Below, piece after piece: positions 22,075 to 35,005 of a stretch of DNA of 64,000 nt. The notes beneath the pieces were generated by a model that saw only the letters and a list, made by a program, of their open reading frames with translations, was not told where the DNA came from and did no database searches. Position 1 is the stretch's first letter, and each line of letters begins with the position of its first letter. The DNA is from Microthyrium microscopicum (lineage: Eukaryota), in contig MU004240.1 of the NCBI GenBank assembly GCA_010405405.1, forward strand, positions 696,316 through 760,315, written 5' to 3'. The translations under genes and the position numbers were made by a program.

Positions 22075-23592
22075 TTACTTGAACACTTTACCATCGGCAT
22101 GAGGATACTCCTTACCCTTGACAACAATGGGCTTCTCCCAGGTCCATTGGGAGTTGACGAACTCCTTGTCTTCGGCCTTGGTGTGGTCGAGCTTTGTGAA
22201 CTCGTAGCTTTCCCAATCTGGAGCAACATCGAATGCATGGGTAGCATTGTCGCCACGGATGAGGAATGCACCTTGAATAACAGAGTCGTTGTTGGTGCCG
22301 TATACACTGGCGCATCCGAAGATGAATTTGCGGCTGCCCTCCAGACGTGCGAAGAAACCACCTATAGCTCATTAGAAAGCTGTTGGACACCAAGTCATAG
22401 AATAAACTCACCGATGAGGTTGGAGGACATGAAGACCTGAGTTAGCTCCTCGTTGTACTTGTAGTCAATCTTCCACAATGTGTACTCGTCAAAGTTGACT
22501 TCCTTCCAGAACCACTCCAGAGCCTCGGGCGTCTCGGCATTAGAATACTTGCGCTTCCAGTCATCGAGAACGAACGTTGAACGTGGCAACAAATCTAATG
22601 GATGCTTTGGCTTTGGTGCTGGCTTGTCTTCCTCCTCTTCTTCTTCAGCAGCGGCAACTGCCTTCTTTGGGGCCTCCTTCTTGGCCTCCTTCTTAGGTGC
22701 TGCCTCCTTCTTTGGTGGTGTGTACTTGATGGCTTCGTCGATGAAGGTGGCAGATGGTTGAGTGTAGATTGGTTGCTTGGTTACTGTTTCGTACCACCGG
22801 GTGAAGCTGACATGCTCTTCACGAAATTTCTTGTCAAAGACATTTTGGAATCCACGGAGCATGAGAGTAGCAACGAAGATATCGGCTAGGGTAAGACGCT
22901 CGCCAACAAGGTATGTGTTGACTAGAAGATAGTCTTCGAGAACCTTGATACGGGCTAGAGTAGCCTTTTGAGCATCATCGACCTGCTTCTTGTTGTAGAA
23001 AGCCTTTCCAGCGAGAGGTGCGAACCATTGAGCGAGGTTTCCAAGAATCTCAGAGTTGGCGAAGGACATCCATTTCAGAATAGACGCATAATCTTGCTTG
23101 GTCTTACCAAGAAGTGTGGTCTTTTCGTTCTGGGAGGTGACTATTTTGATAAAGCTGTTAGCATATGATGGAAACAGCTAAAATAAAATTTGTGATGGAG
23201 ATGTTCGGATCAGAGTGTGAATAAAAGTCAACAGATGTATGTTCAGACAGGGATAACTGTGGTTAAAACCTCATCATTGAAAAAGGTAAGGAGGAAATAT
23301 GACTCGATGACTGGACGTACTGTAGATTGCAATGGCGATGCACTCGCTTAAAACATAGCCATCAGCACCAACGAATGTTGGGATTTTGCCTAGCTTGTTG
23401 TACAACAAGTAGTCTGCTGGGGCACTGGCACCAGTCTCGGTCTGGACAATCTCGAGGTCGATGTCGTTGGCTTTGGCGACAATCTGAATCGCAGTGGTGC
23501 GAGTGTTGTCCTATAACTTTGTGAGTCTAAGGCAAAGAGGGGTGTTCGAGAGGACCACTTACGTCCTTGGTGTAGAGTTTTCCAAAAGACAT
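22075..23592 (-). CDS. TEF4: Translation elongation factor 1B-gamma (GST_N, GST_C, EF1G domain)
   Basis: MSFGKLYT..., YLVGERLTLADI, RWYETV, PKPKHPLDLLP, WKRKYSN, FMSSNLIG and GKVFK*. Three introns. Confidence 0.96.
23206..23281 (-). ncRNA. snR38: Intronic box C/D snoRNA, snR38 homologue (LSU rRNA 2'-O-methylation guide)
   Basis: On the minus strand: box C ATGATGA (23277-23271), guide CAGTTATCCCTGT (23259-23247) immediately before D' CTGA (23246-23243), and terminal box D CTGA (23213-23210). The guide is complementary to LSU rRNA ACAGGGAUAACUG. It lies in the unusually long (~180 nt) second intron of eEF1B-gamma, the same host gene as yeast snR38. Confidence 0.92.
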
Positions 23593-23870
23593 TTTGGCTG
23601 TATGCAAAAGGCGCTCGAGGAAATAGAATTGAAGGGAGGAATGCACGAAAACAAGTCCTTTGGGGAAGAGGCTGTGAAGTTGATGGTGGTGGGGTGTGGA
23701 GATTTTGAAAACTTTCAGAAGGTTGGGCTCTAGCTTTGTGTCAGAAAATCCAGGTCACATGACTCATTCGGTCAAAGCTTGATCTTGTCAAATTCTAGTT
23801 GAACATCACCAATTAAGGAGTACAGTCTACTCTATTGCGATCCATATCAAATCGCATGATCTGCTAACCA

Positions 23871-24921
23871 ATGGTGCGATATGCACTCGTTCATTCCATC
23901 AGGAATGCTGCCTCGCTGGCAACCACACCTTCGCGCTCCATAAGTCGCCTCCCCATTATCAGACCTTTCTCCACATCTCGAATACTCGCGCTCGAGCAAC
24001 AAGAGGGCAAACAGCTGTTAACCATACAACCACCGCTAGACATCGAATACGAAGATGTTGAAGATCACCCCAAACCTCTTCTAGAACGAGTTCGCATCGT
24101 TCCCGACTCACAATCATACTTCTCTGCCCGACCGAGTTTTACAGACACCTTTCTCGGCGTCGAGCACTTATATCTCAAATGGAAAGTCTTACCGCGGACG
24201 GCAACGCCACAAGACACACACTGGACAAGTTACGATGAAGTTCGAGCCATGACAGGCAATGAGCCCGTTCCAGAAAAAAGATATCGCGAAATGATTCGCA
24301 TGTTGAAAGACCTCGACAACATTGAGCCAGTGGTGATGCCAACAGAGGTGTTGAGGTTAATTGATGAACATAAAAGAGCTTTTCAGCCAAATCAGGTCAA
24401 GCCCAAAGTTTTCTTGGTAGACGAATGGGGTAGATCGTTGGGTGTTGGGAAGAGAAAGACGTCTACCGCCAAGGCATATTTGGTCATGGGCGAGGGTGAA
24501 GTGCTGGTCAACGGCAAGAGCTTGACAGAATATTTCGGTCGATTGCATGATCGAGAAAGCGCTCTGTGGGCACTCAAAATTACGGAGCGGATACCAAAAT
24601 ACAATATATTCGCTCTGGTGGAAGGTGGCGGTGTTACAGGTCAAGCAGAGGCGTTGACGTTGGCTATCTCTAGAGCGTTGCTGGTACATGAGCCTCAATT
24701 GGAGCATAGGTTGCTGGAAGGTAAGTCATCCATCCCTGCCACTACCATCTCGCATCGGATGTATGATCTTAGCATACTGTTATGATACCTTTCTGTTTTC
24801 CGTTGAACTATGCTGACCAAATCTTATAGCCGGCTGCCTATTCCGCGATCCACGTAAAGTGGAAAGAAAGAAACCTGGACACTTGAAGGCACGCAAGATG
24901 CCAGCCTGGGTCAGGCGTTGA
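23871..24921 (+). CDS. MRPS9: Mitochondrial ribosomal protein S9 (uS9m)
   Basis: [20 protein letters not shown] and last exon [25 protein letters not shown]. Mitochondrial presequence-like N-terminus. Intron at ~24722-24829. Confidence 0.95.
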
Positions 24922-27900
24922 TCGAGGAAGTTATACCTTGCTTCATGGGCGTTCGCTGAAGAACTAGTGATTGAAGAAAAGCTTCATCACTGGAATAAAC
25001 TTCAACAATTCCACAACGCAATTCTCCCTTCGTGTATACTAAATTCGAACGAAGTAATGGAACATCCACCTTCTGGCAAGTGTAAGACTTCCTGGCATGT
25101 ATCATATCAAGCAATATATCCCCTTGTACTTTAAGCCAAGGCTCGTACGACGAGAATTCTCAAGAATCGACTTCACATCTCACAGCGACTTGATCAATCC
25201 ATTTCAATTTGACCAACTTTGAACCGTTCACTCCATCATGGCAGACGTTAACCTCTCATTTCAGTGTAGTTACATTCGCAGCAAAGCCAAAACCAGCGAT
25301 TCAGAAATTTCCCATTCAATCCAACAAGCCCAACGGTCCAAGGGAGAGCAAAAGCGTTGGGCACGAAAATCCCGACAGGAGAGGAATTCCGAAACAAGTA
25401 TTTATCCTATACCCAATTCCTACTCTATCCTTTTAGCCCAGCGCACTGAATTGGCGCATGTACTCATTTTTACTCACCTCTAGCCACAATTTACATCACC
25501 GTGCCATTCTATTGGTGGTGTTCCGATTGCTCAGACCGCAAAGAGTTTAAAAGACTTACTTATTAATGTTTTGCAAGATATAGCTTCTGGCTCGGCCGTA
25601 AGCTTGTCTTGCGTGAGGCTCAACTGGTGGCCTGGCTTTGGATAAATACTGCACATATGTACAATGCTTTTTGGATCTCCCGAACGCGGAGAGTCGGAGA
25701 CATGGGCAGGAGATCAATTTACTGGGTACTATAGCTAGGGAGAAGCAATGGCAAGTTGTTGGTGCTATAGCAGGTGATGGACCTATATCGGGCAATGTTG
25801 TATCGGGCATGGATAAATGAATATTTGGAGAATTTGCGACGCGCTTATTGGTAGTATATTGAAAGAGTCGAGTGCTCTCATTGGATGACAATCAAAATAA
25901 AAGGGCCGAATACTAGTTCTTTATATGGGAGGTCTTTGAGGCATCCAACGATACTTGCATTGGCATGTTTCGTGCATTGAACTCGAGGTAGCAATGTCTT
26001 TCGCAGACTGCTCTACTTGCGTGTCTTCATTGTGACGTTTCACGGTTCTGACAGGTTGGTAGTAAGATAAATGGCTGGTTCCTTGCATGGAAGATCGTTC
26101 GAATGCTGCAGAGAAGCGAGAGATGCGTGGCGTCAGACGTTGGAAAATGGAGCTTGTGTTCGCGAGCAACTGGGATATCCTCGTAAGAAATGGTGTTAGT
26201 AGATGTGCCACGATGCATTTGATGCAGGTCAAATACAACCGCAACTGCTCTCTCGCAGACAAAATCAGAGGACTTGTTTGATAATTGGATCATACGCTGA
26301 GTGGCTAAGGAGTAGCTCTATTTTACAAGTAGATATTACACATCTATCAACTCCTCCGATGCCGTGTAATATAAAATGTAGAGGCCTTACGGTAGGGCTC
26401 CGGCGCATTGAACGAGGTATCCGGTTGGCATGTGCAACCGTTCAGTCAGGTCATGCAAGTGGTTTACAAAAGACTCATGGATCACTTCGGTAGATGATGG
26501 TTCACTGAGAGAATCTTGCTGTTCACACTGACTTTAGTCTGGGGTCTCATGTCAAGCTGTTCTGTGACAAGTTAGGTCGTACCTGGCTTACAACCCGTCG
26601 TGCCACGCGAGAAGCATGGGGCCTTGTTGTTTAATGAACTCTGATTATAGGGTAGGATCTTGAGAAATTGATTGTTGGAGTGGTGTTGAGTACCTACCCG
26701 GCCAGTGCTCACTGCTCACACGACTCGCGCTGCAATGTGCTACCTCCATCGTTATCTGGTACGGAACGGGTATCCGATGTATCAAATACTTTGACCGAAA
26801 TCGAATCGGGTCTTGGACAAAATCCGATCATGAATCTGTGATTGGTGAAGTTCTTATGATTATGAAAGTGGCGGATGATATTCATCATTGTCGTGGAGTC
26901 TGCCACGTGTGTGTCGGAACGTGTATGAAGCTCGGATCATCAACTCCACGACTCATGGAATGTGGCACCTGATCATGACGGAGAGTACTCCGAGCATCCA
27001 TGGCATGAGCAGTATGGTCTTTTGGTAATTCGCATGTGGATCATACTATATATCATGCATGTTGCCGTTCAGTGGCTTCCAACGCGGAAGCAACCTCAAT
27101 TCAATTCTCAACTGGATATAGACCTCGGAGGTAGCCACTGGAGGACGCATGTCAACGATTTAAGCTTTGGTCCATGACCGTTGAGTACTACCATAATGTT
27201 GCTAATAGTCAAATCAAAGAGCTCGAGATGAGCCATGGCTGAAAACAACAAAAATCTATCATAACGTAGCCAATGGGATCTCGGGAACATGTAAATTACT
27301 CGTTGCTGGTGGATAATGGCCTCATAAACTCGCCCCTGCAAGTGCAATGTAGAGTTCGGTACGAGAATCCTTGAGTGGTATTGTGGTAGACATCATTGGC
27401 CAAAGCTATGGAATCTGGAACAAGGCATAGGCCAGACTGAGATCGGAGGTTTTCTCAAAAGCTGCAGTGAGCAGGCTAGCTCACAGCTCGTAGATTAATT
27501 GTGCAAGCTTGCCAGCATAGAAATTCTACGACCACTCTTTCTCGGCTCCAATTGCCTGCTTGGCCCATATGCGGTGAAGTCGAATAAAGTACTAGGTTAC
27601 TAACATGCTCTACGGGTATTCATAGCCTCACCCCCACGAGTTGTGCTATAAATCTGTGAGCTGTCAAGACTCAAGAGAAATTAGCAGGCCGTTGCATCCG
27701 ATTTTGTCTGCCCAATCCGATGAGAATAATGACAAAGGTTAAGTTGAGTGTTGTTGGTGTGGTTCTTGGTCAATGGTGGCGTTCGTAACGTCGGCTGTGA
27801 ACCGTAATCACTGTCAGTGGTGGTTTGAGAAAACGACCACACAGTTTCTTTGCGGCTTCTAGAATGCTTCAATCAGAGACATCGTAATTGACGGGTGGAT

Positions 27901-29762
27901 ACCATTACCGTTCTCGAAATATGGAAGGTTTGGAAGTTGGAAGAGCCGAAGTAGCAGAAACACCAGTTCCGGTCAGACATGTCGCTTTGAGCAATCGTCC
28001 TAGCTGTCATTTGCCAGCCATAAAGTATCAACTTGCCGAATGTTGCTCTGCACCTAAAGCCCTAGCACCAAAATCCCACTCCAAGACGGCAGCGGCTCTT
28101 CGAATTTTTGATCGAATAGCATCTCGTAGACGTCTGCATACAATAATCTGACTGTCCCCAATCTCCGCTCTCGCTTCCCTTGCTCTTCATCAATCTGTCG
28201 GACTATTCCAACTACCTTGAAGCTGCGGCCATCGAACCAGGCCACTAGGTGTCTCTGCACATCGTTTTTTTGGTGCTACAGACCGCGGGCTGCGATAGCC
28301 CTGTTGAGCACTGTTGGATAATTCATTCCCCATTGCAATTTGAGTCGTCTTTTAGGACGGAGTCGTTTTGTTGCGGCAGGCGCGAGCTCAACGGCTGGCT
28401 ACTTGCTATACTTGGACAAATCCATTGCCATTACGAGCAGCTAATACTCGCTGAATAACCCTACCCCATTTGGCCGTCTAACTGCTTTCGTTCTTTCCTC
28501 CAGAATTCAGATAGCACCTCAAAAGACTGCCGCTTTGCAAAATCCACAACCAACTTCCAACATTCAAAATAGCAGCATCGCCAACCCGCACATCATCACC
28601 TCATCATTGACACCTGGAAACCCAATTGCTAAAACATCAGCCTTGGACCTAAACTGAATATCGAATCTGGACAAGGACTTTGGGTTGCCAACTCGACGAT
28701 CCCAGTTCACCCCACGTAGTTCACTTTGCTGCCCCAGAGTGGGAACGATTCCAGTGTACATCTTGCGCAACAGCTCCATAACTCAAAGACCTCAACAACC
28801 TTGGAACCTTGGGAAGCTCTGGCATCGGCCAATTTCTACGATCCGTCCAAGGAATCAAGGACAAGGCCCATCAGATTATTGCAAAGTTTGGATACCCGAA
28901 TTTACGGCACGGTGCATGTTTCTGCGCCTCATTTAAGCCCTAGACGATCGGCTTACAAGGACTTACCCTTGGGACCGGTTTCAAGCCCTGTTGAAACCCA
29001 GGCCCATCGACGTATCAACTCTTTTCATACACTTCTGAGATCCTCGACTTCTTCCCCGCCGTCGCCGCTCTTGTATAGCCTGTGTATCAATCTTTCCATT
29101 TGACAAGTCAGAAAACGCTTCAGGCTCGCTTCCTGTCTACCGCCCGCCGCCGCATGTACTGCACGACTACCTATTCCAGTATTCTTGGCCGCTCACCTCT
29201 TGTTTGAGCACATCTTTGCTTGACATCCGCCTCATCCTGGACCTGGACTTCAGACACCCTGGTCACCCACCACCCACTTGCATCTGCGTTTCCATCTGCC
29301 TGCGTCCACCACGAGGCTGCGCGTAGATCTTAACATCTGGCCCCGGTCAATATATACCTTCGCGCTAGTTTTTGTGCACATTGGCCCGAGTATCCTCTTG
29401 CAATACAGAGTACTTGCCCTGCCTCCTTCTCCAGTCACTACAATCTTCCCAGGACTCTAATATCTCTCCATCCCAACCTATTCCTGCAACCCCTGCTTTT
29501 GTTTCCATTTGCTAACACACGAGTTCCCTGTTGTGTGTAAATCCTCTTGTACTGTCGCGTTGCCCTAGGCGCGCCTATTATCAGTTTCAACCTCAACAGT
29601 CACCAATATTCGGCGAGCGTCAGGTAGCTTTTTGATATCTGAATCGGCCCAATCACCATCGAAAAGCTGGCCATCGTCTATGCTAGTCCGCCATTGTCGC
29701 CATCGGCGCACCCAACGGCGGTCGATCCGGCTTTGGCATCCGTAAAAGGCCGGGCTGCTGGC

Positions 29763-31135
29763 ATGGACAGTCATGAGCGCCGGTCACGACATAGTAACGC
29801 AGGTTTTGGAGCTTCACAAGCCGGCGCGACAGGAGCCAGCGGCTTACTCAACCAGTCTACAGGACAATACCCATCCGTCAGCGCAGCAGGCGATCGATAC
29901 CAAGTACGAGGCACTTCACAACTTCCATCAGCTGCTTCCACAGGACGAGGTGCGAATATGCCTTCATATTCCTATCCTGCAAACGCAGCAGGAGCCTATC
30001 CAGAACTGAACTCGTCAAATTTGCAGTATGGAGGCGCATCCGCTGATTATGGCGCATCGCAAGACTCTACACAACGCGCCTCACAACAGGCACAACAGCA
30101 TCAGAGTACGCATGCCGCACAACAGCAACAAACCCAACAAAATCAACAGCAACCGCACCAAGGTCAACAACCGTATCACGGCATTTACGGTCAACAACCA
30201 TCTCCGACTTCCCCTTACGACCCTGTGCAACAGTATCCACCTCGGCAGTCTGCCGCCATTGAGGTTCTGTCAAACCAATTTGGGGGTGTAACACCAGCGT
30301 ACTACGTCGCCGGAGAGACCGGGCCGACGAGTGCACCAAATACTGCCATAACTCCACAATCTGGGTACAACCCAATTTCTTATACCACGCAAAGCCCTGT
30401 GGGTCGCGATTCGCTTGCGTCTGCCTACGCTGCCGGAATGGCAGATCCTTCGCAAGCGACTGGCTCGCAGCCTGGATATGGACAACCAGCATCATATTCC
30501 AATCAAACTGCTGAACTCGACAATGCCTTTGGCTCGTATCAGGATGCACTTCGTAGATCGTTTGAATCCATACGGGACGGTAACTTGGCCGAGGCTGGAA
30601 ACACCATGATTAGCATCACAGATTGGCTTTTATCAAATGCTGAAGTACTGGGTAAGTTTGGCTCGATATTTTATTCTCTTGTACGGTGAACGAGCAGCTG
30701 AGATTGACTAGGTCTAGTTCGGGATGATGAATCGACCCACGCTGAGCGACTAAAGCTTTGGAGCGAGTTTAACACTTGTTGGCTGGCGCTGCTCCAGAGA
30801 CAAAGAGAGCTCGCCGCCGAAATGATTCAAATTGGTCAGCGACCTGCTCCCCCAGCAAGTTTACTTGAATACGACCAGATGGAGACAATGGGTAAAGAGC
30901 TTATAAGGCTCTGTGACAACATGGAAAAGCATGGCCTAGTCGATTATCAAATGGGCGTTTGGGAAGAAGACATAATATCTCGTTAGTACCACCCTTATGG
31001 CATCCATATACACCCTACTAACTATGAATAGTCTTAAGTTTATGCTTAGAGCAGCTCAATCCCGACCCGGAAGGTCATGGCTCAGGAGCAGTTAACAACG
31101 TTCCCCAGCCCAGCTCCTCTCGTGGACGACGTTAG
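29763..31135 (+). CDS. Conserved fungal hypothetical protein, Q/S/Y/G-rich N-terminus with helical C-terminal domain (3 exons)
   Basis: Long ORF continues via introns (~30652-30711 and ~30982-31031) into ERLKLWSEFNTCWLALLQ...LCDNMEKHGLVDYQMGVWEEDII. Function not recognised. Confidence 0.8.
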
Positions 31136-31752
31136 AAAAATACAGTGTTTTCAGCACACATCCCGAATAGATTTCCTAGGTGTTTAGTCCGACTTGCTTT
31201 TTGATCAGAGCATGGCGTATTCGTCGCTTTCGAGATATCCATTCATGCCTTTTATGGCTTTTATGTCCGCACACGGCTGGTATAGACGCGAGAGCTCCCG
31301 CTCGCAAAGGGGCTGGAGTTTTGGCAGGGCGTTGCACACCCTTCTCGAATCCATTGTACATAGTTTCTATCTGCATATTTTGTTTCTTTCGATGTTTGCG
31401 CGCGTTCTTTACGCGCGCCGTAATCATAACCGCTCGATTTAAATTATGGCTCTGACATCATCATTATTGGGTGTTTTTCTTTTGATTTCTGGTCTGCCCA
31501 ACTTCTTCTCACATGATTAAGGCAGCAAGTTGCAAAGGTACAGTGCATATGGGTTTTGGGTATCCTTTCAATATGGAGTTGGTACCAGATGATCGACATA
31601 GAATTCCTGTGATCGACGCACATAATCCCAAGTGCATCTGGGGTAGGGCCTTACGATTTGCATGGGTATATCGCCTGCCTTTTTATATGCCTACTCTTGA
31701 TCTGGTCTGCCTGGCTACCCACTGTTGGGTATCTCAGACCTGTCGAATTATT

Positions 31753-32103
31753 CTAGAACCAAGATTCCCTCTCCATCTCCAGCCACCTGAATTGTCCGCA
31801 TCTAATCCTCCTCAGCTGACCACCAAAGCGGTGAGCGAACTCAGCTAACATATCCACCCCTGCAACAATCCCATCATCCCATGCACATCCCCAAGCGGTC
31901 TGCCAGCAGCCAACATCATCCGCGGCAAACGGAAACATGCCACATACCACATCATCAAACCAGTTCTGTCCACCGCGGACCGAACGGTTCCTGTTTGCGC
32001 AACCAACTCCTGTCCAACGACCCAGCGCACAAAACGACCCGTAGCCGCGGGCGTAGAGTTGCTCTCGGGTGTAACAATCTGCCTTGTCCATAGTCTGTGA
32101 CAT
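31753..32103 (-). CDS. Possible orphan 116-aa Cys/Trp/Gly-rich protein
   Basis: First ATG after a long CA-rich, ATG-free leader. No homology recognised. Confidence 0.25.
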   Translation of the reverse strand: MSQTMDKADCYTREQLYARGYGSFCALGRWTGVGCANRNRSVRGGQNWFDDVVCGMFPFAADDVGCWQTAWGCAWDDGIVAGVDMLAEFAHRFGGQLRRIRCGQFRWLEMERESWF

Positions 32104-33545
32104 CCCGGATGCTCAGTGTTCGCTACACGGGCGATCGTTGGGTTTGCTGTAGTGCGCCCCCAGCACGCCCCAGCTGCCAGGCACGGCAGTGACAGGGGGT
32201 GGGAGTCGTTTGTTCAGGGTCGGTGGTATCACGAACCGGTGGGCTGGGAATGGACAGGTCTGTGGTGATCTGGTCTTGGCTGCCACGCGAGGACTGGGGA
32301 GGGGAGGGTCCGTGGGGTGGGTTTGATGGGTTGTGATGGGTATGATGGATGCTGTGGGGTTTGATGGCTTGGGGTTTGATATTGTGTCTTTGGTTTGGTG
32401 TGGGTTTTGGGATCAAATTGATGGATGATTGGGCGGTTGGATTTCTATGGACGGCGCCACGGACTTTCTCAGGGATTGGATGGAGTTGCAAGAATCAGGT
32501 CCAGATTGGTAGTGGAAGATCGAAAGATTGGTCTGATATCGGCGCTGGATGGGAGAAGCCAATGTCAAACCGTTCGCTTCCCGGATTTTTCATGTGCGGT
32601 CCAGAGGCATAACTTTCTCCAATGGTCGTAATTTTGAAGCAGGCATAAGCACATTAATACCTTAAATTTAATCCTTTCTGCCTGTGTACTTGAATCAAAA
32701 AGACATTCAAGACCGTCTAGGGTATTCTTTTGTCGCATTAAAGGAAGGGGTGAAGGTGAAGTTGTTATTGTCTTCTTGAAAGGATTTTGATCTCAATCAA
32801 AGCGCGTAAATGACGGCTTTTGTCAATAAGTTGACACCACCAGATAATTTAGACTTGAAATGTAGCTTAATTAGCAAAAAATAGATAATTTATTTGGCAG
32901 CTAAAAGAAATTGATCGCAAATATGTTTTGCGAAATGGTTGTTGGGCAATATAAATTTCGAGGGAATGGGGCGAGCATGCACCATATATACCAATTATTG
33001 TGAACTATTTTTCGTAAATGGTGCAGATTACGGGTCGGCTCGATTCCCTTAAATTCCTTTCCCAAGGGGGGTTTGCAGATGCTTACTGTCAGTTTCGAAC
33101 AAGCTTAAAATTAGCCATATACGCCAATAAACCAACCCGCAAGGGTAGAGTTTGCCTAGTAGTACAATTTCTTCGCAAGGAATTAGTACGCCATCTAGTT
33201 TTTGCCTTTTGAAATTCTAAAATAGGCCTTGGAAATGGTGTAGAGCCTCTTTTTGGGGGGGCACCGTGGAGAGCTATCGTGGTTTTATACACGATGTGGA
33301 AGGATTGCGGTTCAACTCTGGAGTCGTGCACAACAAAATGTTCTAAACTTTTATTTTTTATTGGATGAAACGATAAAGACTCTCATAATTAGTATCATTT
33401 TTATTTTTGAATGATGTAACAATGTTGTTTGCATTTTTTTGGGCTCGAGAACCTAATGAATGATGACTTTCACTCACCATTGCGGACCTACGTCTTTCTT
33501 AACTTCACAACGAAGACTTGCTCGTTTCGCCTAGGCTTTCTATGT

Positions 33546-35005
33546 TCATATGTCTAATCGCCGAGCTACCCAAAATGAAGCATAGAACATGTTTGTTTCC
33601 ATCGCTTTGGTGTCGTGGATATATCCTGTCGCTCGGGCGGACGAGTCCTCATAGTGGATTATCTCGAAACCAAAGGAAGACAAAAGTTGGAGAATGTCAG
33701 CCTCTACCAACTCTACTGCTCCAGGATTCCCTATTCCACGATCTTGCTCGATATTTTTCTCAGCCGGCCCATCTGATGATGCAGCGTCAGACTCGTTCTC
33801 AAAGTGCCACTTTAGAGGTCCCAGATTCATCCACAAGCCACCTGGCTTCACACAGTTCGCAGCAGTTTCCATATATGCGAGTGGATTCTTTGCTGTGTCC
33901 AGGAAGAAGACTGTTGCAAGGACGTCGTACTGACCGCGGTTCTCGGGAGTGTTGAAGACAACACTAAAGTCGCCCGATGATATACCTAGCCGCTGTGATA
34001 TTGGCACTTCAGAGAGATGTGACACCGCAGCTTGGACAGCGGCGGGATGAATGTCAGGGACCATGACTTGTCGAAGACGGTTATCTTCACTGAGATGATT
34101 GGAACCATTGAGTACGAAAGGATAGATACGGTACTGCTCGGCTTTTTGGGTGGCGTTGAGGAGGTGCATAGAGCCAAATACCATGTGGTATGAGATTTCT
34201 ATGCCTTCAGCTTCAAAACCTAGACATCCTAGATCGAACACAAATCGTCCCAGTCCACTTCCGGGATTAAGGATCTTGATTTGATGTCTCTTCTCGCGTG
34301 GGATGCCAGAGTAGTAGTTTTCGAGATATTGCAGCAAGGGATCGAAGCAAATTGATCGCTCGCGTGCTCCCTCTGAGCTCCATTCTCGATATAGGTGGCG
34401 GATTGTACTCGAAGCTTTACTAAAATCCAAGAAACTTGGTGAAGACTCTAGGCCTGGGACAGCTGGGAGGCCAGTTTGGGGGTCAATGACAAACGGGTTG
34501 CTTGTAGACGCTTCGTCCATGGCTTCTAGAATTCGACCAAGACCCGTCCATTGCATGCCCGTTCGCATGATATCTCTCGCACAATCGGCGTTTGTGTCAA
34601 TGGCATTCTCAATCTTTTGGAATCGCTCCAGCATATTGAAGGGCTTTCCAGTGAGAATTTGCTGATGTCGCGATGGTAGTGCAAAGAAGGCTCTCCGCCT
34701 GGAGTCAGTTATAAGTCGGTGATGATGTACTCCATAGCCACTAATTCGACCGTTAGTAAATGTTTATTTATTTTTTAGACATTTAATTACCAGAATGAGT
34801 TGATCACTCGGCTGACCAAAGCCAATTCTTCGTCGTCCCATCTATCACCAATGGTTGCATCGTCAGTCTCCACATGAACCTCCTTCGCTGTGTCGCCATC
34901 GTCCATACTTGAGAACCTTCTGCGCTTCTGATTTTCAACTTTGAGTGCGATGGTATCTTGAGACGGGATATTTCCTTTTTCACCTTCAAAGCTCAAATCT
35001 CCCAT
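33546..35005 (-). CDS. Carnosine N-methyltransferase (N2227-like)
   Basis: STIRHLYREWSSEGARER, LNPGSGLGR, TVFFLDTAKN and GGLWMNLGPLKWH. Intron at ~34742-34790. Start uncertain. Confidence 0.9.

Noticed and set aside
24722..24829. Longer MRPS9 intron as a second snoRNA host
   Set aside because: No proper box C (RUGAUGA) or rRNA-complementary guide. The CTGA is the branch point.
28456..28463. TAACCCTA as a possible telomerase RNA template in the long intergenic region
   Set aside because: An 8-nt telomeric match is expected several times by chance in 64 kb, and no pseudoknot or CR4/5 could be supported.
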